DNA from: the human T2T-CHM13v2.0 reference genome, Homo sapiens
Length of the DNA stretch: 64,000 nt
Direction: 5' to 3' (one strand)
Assembly (NCBI RefSeq): GCF_009914755.1
Contig: NC_060937.1
Shown: one piece after another, positions 49,501 to 61,100 of the stretch
Numbering within the stretch: position 1 is the stretch's first letter
Layout of the letters: the number at the start of each line of letters is the position of its first letter
Position numbers and translations under genes: made by a program
The notes under the pieces: model-generated
What the model saw: only the letters and a program-made list of their open reading frames with translations
What the model was told of the DNA's origin: nothing
Database searches by the model: none

Positions 49501-52500
49501 ATTATATACTGTACATAAAATACCAAAGTACCCCAAATACATATTATATACTGTACATGAAATATCAAAGTTCACAAACTATATATTGTATACTGTACAT
49601 AAAATATCAAAGTACCGAAGGGATATATTCTATACTGTACAAAAAATATCAAAGTACCCAAAGCATGTATTATATACTGTACATAAAATATGAAAGTACA
49701 TGAAATATATATTTTATTCTGTACATAAAATATCAAAGTACACCAAATATATATTCTATAGTGTACATAAAATATCAAAGTACCCAGACTATACATTATA
49801 TACTGTACATAAAACATGAAATTACATCCAATATATATTATATTAGGTACATAAAATATGAAAGTACATCAAATATAAATTATATACTGTACATAAAATA
49901 CCAAAGTACCCCAAATATATATTATATACTGTACATGAAATATCAAAGTTCACAAACTATATATTATATACTGTACATAAAATATCAAAGTACCCAAGGT
50001 ATATATTCTATACTGTACAAAAAATATCAAAGTACCCAAAGCATGTATTATATAGTGTATATAAAATAGGAAAGTACATCAAATATATATTTAATTCTGT
50101 ACATAAAATATCAAAGTACACCAAATATATATTCTATAGTGTACATTAAATATCAAACTACCCAAACTATACATTATATACTGTACATAAAATATGAAAT
50201 TACATCAAATATATATTATCTTAGGTACATAAAATATGAAAGTACATCAAATATAGATTATACACTGTACATAAAATACCAAAGAACCCCAAATATATAT
50301 TATATACTGTACATGAAATATCAAAGTTCACAAACTATATATTATATACTGTACATAAAATATCAAAGTACCCAAGGTATATATTCTATACTGTACAAAA
50401 AATATCAAAGTACGCAAACATGTATTATATACTGTACATAAAATATGAAATTACATCAAATATATATTATATTAGGTACATAAAATATGAAAGTACATCA
50501 AATATACATTATATAATGTACATAAAATACCAAAGTACCCCAAATATATATTATATACTGTACATGAAATATCAAAGTTCACAAACTATATATTATATAC
50601 TGTACATAAAATATCAAAGTACCGAAGGGATATATTCTATAATGTACAAAAAATATCAAAGTTCCCAAAGCATGTATTATGTACTGTTAATAAAATATGA
50701 AAGTACATCAAATATATATTTAATTCTGTACATAAAATATCAAAGTACACCAAATATATATTCTATAGTGTACATAAAATATCAAAGTACCCAAACTATA
50801 CATTATATACTGTACATAAAATATGAAATTACATCAAATATATATTATATTAGGTACATAAAATATGAAAGTACATCAAATATATATTATATACTGTACA
50901 TAAAATACCAAAGTACCCCAAATACATATTATATACTGTACATGAAATATCAAAGTTCACAAACTATATATTGTATACTGTACATAAAATATCAAAGTAC
51001 CGAAGGGATATATTCTATACTGTACAAAAAATATCAAAGTACCCAAAGCATGTATTATATACTGTACATAAAATATGAAAGTACATGAAACATATATTTT
51101 ATTCTGTACATAAAATATCAAAGTACACCAAATATATATTCTATAGTGTACATAAAATATCAAAGTACCCAGACTATACATTATATACTGTACATAAAAC
51201 ATGAAATTACATCCAATATATATTATATTAGGTACATAAAATATGAAAGTACATCAAATATAGATTATACACTGTACATAAAATACCAAAGAACCCCAAA
51301 TATATATTATATACTGTACATGAAATATCAAAGTTCACAAACTATATATTATATAATGTACATAAAATATCAAAGTACCCAAGGTATATATTCTATACTG
51401 TACAAAAAATATCAAAGTACGCAAACATGTATTATATACTGTACATAAAATATGAAATTACATCAAATATATATTATATTAGGTACATAAAATATGAAAG
51501 TACATCAAATATACATTATATAATGTACATAAAATACCAAAGTACCCCAAATATATATTATATACTGTACATGAAATATCAAAGTTCACAAACTATATAT
51601 TATATACTGTACATAAAATATCAAAGTACCGAAGGGATATATTCTATAATGTACAAAAAATATCAAAGTTCCCAAAGCATGTATTATATACTGTTAATAA
51701 AATATGAAAGTACATCAAATATATATTTAATTCTGTACATAAAATATCAAAGTACACCAAATATATATTCTATAGTGTACATAAAATATCAAAGTACCCA
51801 AACTATACATTATATACTGTACATAAAATATGAAATTACATCAAATATATATTATATTAGGTACATAAAATATGAAAGTACATCAAATATATATTATATA
51901 CTGTACATAAAATACCAAAGTACCCCAAATACATATTATATACTGTACATGAAATATCAAAGTTCACAAACTATATATTGTATACTGTACATAAAATATC
52001 AAAGTACCGAAGGGATATATTCTATACTGTACAAAAAATATCAAAGTACCCAAAGCATGTATTATATACTGTACATAAAATATGAAAGTACATGAAATAT
52101 ATATTTTATTCTGTACATAAAATATCAAAGTACACCAAATATATATTCTATAGTGTACATAAAATATCAAAGTACCCAGACTATACATTATATACTGTAC
52201 ATAAAACATGAAATTACATCCAATATATATTATATTAGGTACATAAAATATGAAAGTACATCAAATATAAATTATATACTGTACATAAAATACCAAAGTA
52301 CCCCAAATATATATTATATACTGTACATGAAATATCAAAGTTCACAAACTATATATTATATACTGTACATAAAATATCAAAGTACCCAAGGTATATATTC
52401 TATACTGTACAAAAAATATCAAAGTACCCAAAGCATGTATTATATAGTGTATATAAAATATGAAAGTACATCAAATATATATTTAATTCTGTACATAAAA

Positions 52501-54700
52501 TATCAAAGTACACCAAATATATATTCTATAGTGTACATTAAATATCAAACTACCCAAACTATACATTATATACTGTACATAAAATATGAAATTACATCAA
52601 ATATATATTATATTAGGTACATAAAATATGAAAGTACATCAAATATAGATTATATACTGTACATAAAATACCAAAGAACCCCAAATATATATTATATACT
52701 GTACATGAAATATCAAAGTTCACAAACTATATATTATATACTGTACATAAAATATCAAAGTACCCAAGGTATATATTCTATACTGTACAAAAAATATCAA
52801 AGTACCCAAAGCATGTATTATATAGTGTATATAAAATATGAAAGTACATCAAATATATATTTAATTCTGTACATAAAATATCAAAGTACACCAAATATAT
52901 ATTCTATACTGTACATAAAATATCAAAGTACCCAAACTATACATTATATACTGTACATAAAATATGAAATTACATCAAATATATATTATATTAGGTACAT
53001 AAAATATGAAAGTACATCAAATATAGATTATACACTGTACATAAAATACCAAAGAACCCCAAATCTATATTATATACTGTACATGAAATATCAAAGTTCA
53101 CAAACTATATATTATATACTGTACATAAAATATCAAAGTACCCAAGGTATATATTCTATACTGTACAAAAAATATCAAAGTTCCCAAAGCATGTATTATA
53201 TACTGTTAATAAAATATGAAAGTACATCAAATATATATTTAATTCTGTACATAAAATATCAAAGTACACCAAATATATATTCTATAGTGTACATAAAATA
53301 TCAAAGTACCAAACTATACATTATATACTGTACATAAAATATGAAATTACATCAAATATATATTATATTAGGTACATAAAATATGAAAGTACATCAAATA
53401 TAGATTATATACTGTACATAAAATACCAAAGTACCCCAAATACATATTATATACTCTACATGAAATATCAAAGTTCACAAACTATATATTGTATACTGTA
53501 CATAAAATATCAAAGTACCGAAGGGATATATTCTATACTGTACAAAAAATATCAAAGTACCCAAAGCATGTATTATATACTGTACATAAAATATGAAAGT
53601 ACATGAAATATATATTTTATTCTGTACATAAAATATCAAAGTACACCAAATATATATTCTATAGTGTACATAAAATATCAAAGTACCCAGACTATACATT
53701 ATATACTGTACATAAAACATGAAATTACATCCAATATATATTATATTAGGTACATAAAATATGAAAGTACATCAAATATAAATTATATACTGTACATAAA
53801 ATACCAAAGTACCCAAAATATATATTATATACTGTACATGAAATATCAAAGTTCACAAACTATATATTATATACTGTACATAAAATATCAAAGTACCCAA
53901 GGTATATATTCTATACTGTACAAAAAATATCAAAGTACCCAAAGCATGTATTATATAGTGTATATAAAATAGGAAAGTACATCAAATATATATTTAATTC
54001 TGTACATAAAATATCAAAGTACACCAAATATATATTCTATAGTGTACATTAAATATCAAACTACCCAAACTATACATTATATACTGTACATAAAATATGA
54101 AATTACATCAAATATATATTATATTAGGTACATAAAATATGAAAGTACATCAAATATAGATTATACACTGTACATAAAATACCAAAGAACCCCAAATATA
54201 TATTATATACTGTACATGAAATATCAAAGTTCACAAACTATATATTATATACTGTACATAAAATATCAAAGTACCCAAGGTATATATTCTATACTGTACA
54301 AAAAATATCAAAGTACCCAAAGCATGTATTATATAGTGTATATAAAATATGAAAGTACATCAAATATATATTTAATTCTGTACATAAAATATCAAAGTAC
54401 ACCAAATATATATTCTATACTGTACATAAAATATCAAAGTACCCAAACTATACATTATATACTGTACATAAAATATGAAATTACATCAAATATATATTAT
54501 ATTAGGTACATAAAATATGAAAGTACATCAAATATAGATTATACACTGTACATAAAATACCAAAGAACCCCAAATATATATTATATACTGTACATGAAAT
54601 ATCAAAGTTCACAAACTATATATTATATAATGTACATAAAATATCAAAGTACCCAAGGTATATATTCTATACTGTACAAAAAATATCAAAGTACGCAAAC
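43589..54700 (+). repeat. Local sub-family of super-units marked by aaataGgaaag and aaatCtatat
   Basis: The TAG-creating variant ends ORFs at 43897, 47172, 50069 and 53972. The aaatC variant is at 46264, 49161 and 53065. Confidence 0.8.
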
Positions 54701-55599
54701 ATGTATTATATACTGTACATAAAATATGAAATTACATCAAATATATATTATATTAGGTACATAAAATATGAAAGTACATCAAATATACATTATATAATGT
54801 ACATAAAATACCAAAGTACCCCAAATATATATTATATACTGTACATGAAATATCAAAGTTCACAAACTATATATTATATACTGTACATAAAATATCAAAG
54901 TACCGAAGGGATATATTCTATAATGTACAAAAAATATCAAAGTACCCAAAGTATGTATTATATACTGTACATAAAATATGAAAGTACATGAAATATATAT
55001 TTTATTCTGTACATAAAATATCAAAGTACACCAAATATATATTCTATAGTGTACATAAAATATCAAAGTACCCAGACTATACATTATATACTGTACATAA
55101 AACATGAAATTACATCCAATATATATTATATTTGGTACATAAAATATGAAAGTACATCAAATATAAATTATATACTGTACATAAAATACCAAAGTACCCC
55201 AAATATATATTATATACTGTACATGAAATATCAAAGTTCACAAACTATATATTATATACTGTACATAAAATATCAAAGTACCCAAGGTATATATTCTATA
55301 CTGTACAAAAAATATCAAAGTTCCCAAAACATGTATTATATACTGTTAATAAAATATGAAAGTACATCAAATATATATTTAATTCTGTACATAAAATATC
55401 AAAGTACACCAAATATATATTCTATAGTGTACATAAAATATCAAAGTACCCAAACTATACATTATATACTGTACATAAAATATGAAATTACATCAAATAT
55501 ATATTATATTAGGTACATAAAATATGAAAGTACATCAAATATAGATTATATACTGTACATAAAATACCAAAGTACCCCAAATACATATTATATACTGTA

Positions 55600-58130
55600 C
55601 ATGAAATATCAAAGTTCACAAACTATATATTATATACTGTACATAAAATATCAAAGTACCCAAGGTATATATTCTATACTGTACAAAAAATATCAAAGTA
55701 CCCAAAGGAAGTATTATATACTGTACATAAAATATGAAAGTACATCAAATATATATTTTATTCTGTACATAAAATATCAAAGTACACCAAATATATATTC
55801 TATAGTGTACATAAAATATCAAAGTACCCAAACTATACATTATACACTGTACATAAAATATGAAATTAAATCAAATATATATTATATTAGGTACATAAAA
55901 TATGAAAGTACATCAAATATAGATTATACACTGTACATAAAATACCAAAGAACCCCAAATATATAATATATACTGTACATGAAATATCAAAGTTCACAAA
56001 CTATATATTATATACTGTACATAAAATATCAAAGTACCCAAGGTATATATTCTATACTGTACAAAAAATATGAAAGTACCCAAAGCATGTATTATATACT
56101 GTACATAAAATATGAAAGTACATCAAATATATATTTTATTCTGTACATAAAATATCAAAGTACACCAAATATATATTCTATGGTGTACATAAAATATCAA
56201 AGTACCCAAACTATACATTATATACTGTACATAAAATATGAAATTACTTCAAATATATATTATATTAGGTACATAAAATATGAAAGTACATCAAATATAA
56301 ATTATATACTGTACATAAAATACCAAAGAACCCCAAATATATATTATATACTGTACATGAAATATCAAAGTTCACAAACTATATATTATATACTGTACAT
56401 AAAATATCAAAGTACCCAAGGTATATATTCTATACTGTACAAAAAATATCAAAGTACGCAAAGCATGTATTATATACTGTACATAAAATATGAAATTACA
56501 TCAAATATATATTATATTAGGTACATAAAATATGAAAGTACATCACATATATATCATATACTGTACATAAAATACCAAAGTACCCCAAATACATATTATA
56601 TACTGTACATGAAATATCAAAGTTCACAAACTATATATTATATAATGTACATAAAATATCAAAGTACCGAAAGTATATATTCTATACTGTACAAAAAATA
56701 TCAAAGTACCCAAAGCATGTATTATATAGTGTATATAAAATATGAAAGTACATCAAATATATATTTAACACTGTACATAAAATATCAAAGTACACCAAAT
56801 ATATATTCTATACTGTACATAAAATATCAAAGTACCCAAACTATACATTATATACTGTACATAAAATATGAAATTACATCAAATATATATTATATTAGGT
56901 ACATAAAATATGAAAGTACATCAAATATAGATTATACACTGTACATAAAATACCAAAGAACCCCAAATATATATTATATACTGTACATGAAATATCAGAG
57001 TTCACAAACTATATATTATATACTGTACATAAAATATCAAAGTACCCAAGGTATATATTCTATACTGTACAAAAAATATCAAAGTACCCAAAGCATGTAT
57101 TATGTACTGTTCATAAAATATGAAAGTACATCAAATATATATTTTATTCTGTACATAAAATATCAAAGTACACCAAATATATATTCTATACTGTACATAA
57201 AATATCAAATTACCCAAACTATACATTATATACTGTACATAAAATATGAAATTACATCAAATATAAATTCTATACTGTACATAAAATATCAAAGTACCCC
57301 AAATATATATTATATACTGTACATGAAATATCAAAGTCCACAAACTATATATTATATACTGTACATAAAATATCAAAGAACCCAAGGTATATATTCTATA
57401 CTGTACAAAAAATATCAAAGTACCCAAAACAGGTATTATATACTGTTCATAACATATGAAAGTACATCAAATATATATTTAATTCTGTACATAAAATATC
57501 AAAGTACACCAAATATATATTCTATAGTGTACATAAAATATCAAAGTACCCAAACTATACATTATATACTGTACATAAAATATGAAATTACATCAAATAT
57601 ATATTACATTAGGTACATAAAATATGAAAGTACATCAAATATAGATTATATACTGTACATAAAATACCAAAGTACCCCAAATACATATTATATACTGTAC
57701 ATGAAATATCAAAGTTCACAAACTATATATTATATACTGTACATAAAATATCAAAGTACCCAAGGTATATATTCTATACTGTACAAAAAATATCAAAGTA
57801 CGCAAAGCATGTATTATATACTGTACATAAAATATGAAAGTACATGAAATATATATTTTATTCTGTACATAAAATATCAAAGTACACCAAATATATATTC
57901 TATAGTGTACATAAAATATCAAAGTACCCAAGGTATATATTCTATACTGTACAAAAAATATCAAAGTACCCAAAGCATGTATTATATAGTGTATATAAAA
58001 TATGAAAGTACATCAAATATATATTTAATTCTGTACATAAAATATCAAAGTACACCAAATATATATTCTATAGTGTACATTAAATATCAAAGTACCCAAA
58101 CTATACATTATATACTGTACATAAAATATG
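55600..58130 (+). repeat. Transition zone: non-homogenised HSat1A HORs with many private variants and monomer-scale rearrangements
   Basis: Unique substitutions appear (aaggaagt ~55706, attaaatc ~55868, ctatggtg ~56182, catcacat ~56546). There is a 252-bp unit at ~56456, a one-monomer deletion at ~57260 and an M9-to-M6 jump at ~57930. Confidence 0.8.
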
Positions 58131-61100
58131 AAATTACATCAAGTATATATTAGGTACATAAAATATGAAAGTACATCACATATAGATTATATACTGTACA
58201 TAAAATATCAATGTACCCCAAATATATATTATATACTCTACATGAAATATCAATGTTCACAAATTATATATTGTATACTGTACATAAAATATCAAAGTAC
58301 CCAAGGTATATATTCTATACTGTGTAAAAAATATCAAAGTACCCAAAGCATGTATTATATACTGTACATAAAATATGAAAGTACATTAAATATATATTTT
58401 ATTCTGTACATAAAATATCAAAGTACACCAGATAAATATTCTATAGTGTACATAAAATATCAAAGTACCCAAACTATACATTATATACTGTACATAAAAT
58501 ATGAAATTACATCAAATATATATTAGGTACATAAAATATGAAAGTACATCAAATATAGATTATATACTGTACATATAATATCATTGTACCCCAAATATAT
58601 ATTTTATACTCTACATGAAATATCAAAGTTCACAAACTATATATTATATACTGTACATAAAATATCAAAGTACCCAAGGTATATATTCTATACTGAACAA
58701 AAAATATCAAAGTACCCAAAGCATGTATTATATACTGTACATAAAATATGAAAGTACATCAAATATATATCTTACTCTGTACATAAAATATCAATGTACA
58801 CCAGATATATATTCTATAGTGTACATAAAATATCAAAGTACCCAAACTATACATTATATACTGTACAGAAAATATGAAATTACAGCAAATATATATTATA
58901 TTAGGTACATAAAATATGAAAGTACATCAAATATAGATTATATACTGTACATTAAATACCAAAGTAACCCAAATATATATTTTATACTGTACATGAAATA
59001 TCAAAGTTCACAAACCATATATTATATACTGTACATAAAATATCAAAGTACACAAGGTATATATTCTATACTGTACAAAAAATATCAAAGTACCCAAAGC
59101 ATGTATTATAAACTGTACATAAAATATGAAAGTACATCAAATATATATTTTATTCTGTACATAAAATATCAAAGTACACCAGATATATATTCTACACTGT
59201 ACATAAAATATCAAATTACCCAAACTATACATTATATACTGTACATAAAATATAAGATTACATCAAATATATATTATATTAGGTACATAAAATATGAAAG
59301 TACATCAGATATAGATTATATACTGTACATAAAATATCAAAGTACCCCAAATATATATTATATACTCTACATGAAATATCAAAGTTCGCAAACTATATAT
59401 TATATACTGTACATAAAATATCAAAGTACCCAAGGTATATATTCTATACTGTACAAAAAATATCAAAGTACCCAAAGCATGTATTATATACTGTACATAA
59501 AATATGAAAGTACATCAAGTATATATTTTATTCTGTACATAAATTATCAAAGTACACCAGATATATATTCTATAGTGTACATAAAATATCAAAGTACCCA
59601 AACTAAACATTATATACTGTGCATAAAATATGAGATTACATCAAATATATATTATATTAGGTACATAAAATATGAAAGTGCATCAGACATAGATTATATA
59701 CTGTACATAAAATATCAAAGTACCCCAAATATATATTATATACTCTACATGAAATATCAAAGTTCACAAACTATATATTATATACTGTACATAAAATATC
59801 AAAGTACCCAAGGTATATATTCTATACTGTACAAAAAATATCAAAGTACCCAAAGCATGTATTATATACTGTACATAAAATATGAAAGTACATCAAGTAT
59901 ATATTTTATTCTGTACATAAAATATCAAAGTACACCACATATATATTCTATAGTGTACATAAAATAACAAAGTACACAAACTATACATTATATACTGTAC
60001 ATAAAATATGAAATTACATCAAATATATATTAGGTACATAAAATATGAAAGTACATCAAATATAGATTATATACTGTACATATAATATCAATGTACCCCA
60101 AATTTATATTTTATACTCTACATGAAATATCAAAGTTCACAAACCATACATTATATACTGTACATAAAATATCAAAGTACCCAAGGTATATATTCTATAC
60201 TATACAAAAAATATCAAAGTACCCAAAGCATGTATTATATACTGTACATAAAATATGAAAGTACATCAAATATATATTTTATTCTGTACATAAAATATCA
60301 AAGTACACCAGATATATATTCTATAGTGTACATAAAATATCAAATTTCCCATACTATACACTATATACTGTACATAAAATATGAAATTACATGAAATATA
60401 TATTAGGTACATAAAATATGAAAGTACATCAAATATAGATTATATACTGTACATAAAATATCAAAGTACCCCAAATATATATTATATACTCTACATGAAA
60501 TATCAAAGTTCACAAACTATATATTATATACTGTACATAAAATATCAAAGTACCCAAGGTATATATTCTATACTGTACAAAAAATATCAAAGTACCCAAA
60601 GCATGTATTATATACTGTACATAAAATATGAAATTACGTCAAATATATATTTTATTCTGTACATAAAATATCAAAGTACACCAGATATATATTCTATAGT
60701 GTACATATAATAACAAAGTACACAAACTATACATTATATACTGTACATAAAATATGAAATTACATCAAATATATATTAGGTACATAAAATATGAAAGTAC
60801 ATCAAATATAGATTATATACTGTACATAAAATATCAAAGTACCCCAAATATATATTTTATACTCTACATGAAATATCAAAGTTCACAAACCATATATTAT
60901 ATACTGTACATAAAATATAAAAGTACCCAAGGTATATATTCTATACTGTACAAAAAATATCAAAGTACCCAAAGCATGTATTATATACTGTATATAAAAT
61001 ATGAAAGTACATTAAATACATATTTTTTTCTGTACATAAAATATCAAAGTACACCAGATATATATTCTATAGTGTACATAAAATAACAAAGTACACAAAC

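Larger units (their letters stand above)
1417..54703 (+). repeat. 20 dispersed copies of the junction motif acgcaaacatg marking a 251-bp truncated HOR (M7 joined directly to M2, plus a 1-bp deletion)
   Basis: Motif starts at 1417, 4692, 7967, 10108, 13886, 14893, 16656, 18797, 22071, 24212, 27487, 32652, 35549, 39202, 42477, 44240, 47515, 50412, 51419 and 54693. Each coincides with an ORF ending ...TQTCIIYCT. Confidence 0.93.
1..55600 (+). repeat. Homogenised domain: a small set of marked 378-bp HOR variants plus a 251-bp truncated HOR, arranged in super-units of n x 378 + 251 bp
   Basis: Recurring linked haplotypes: [aatacatat + tattgtat + accgaaggg + catgaaat..tttt], [cagact + aaacatg + tccaat + ataaat], [cattaaa + caaact + gattatacac + agaacc], [tttggt + agttccc + ctgttaata]. 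There are few private substitutions. The right boundary is approximate. Confidence 0.9.

Noticed and set aside
21131-53315. Isolated 1-bp deletions (~21136 in an A-run, ~53310 in a C-run; also ~63097)
   Set aside because: They are singletons in homopolymer runs and cannot be distinguished from sequencing or consensus error. I used them only to reconcile spacings.
199-57973. Recurrent 81-aa hydrophobic minus-strand ORF (MFYVQYIMYSLGTL...)
   Set aside because: It is the antisense reading of the same satellite, opened only where a few variants remove stops. Identity among copies reflects satellite homogenisation.
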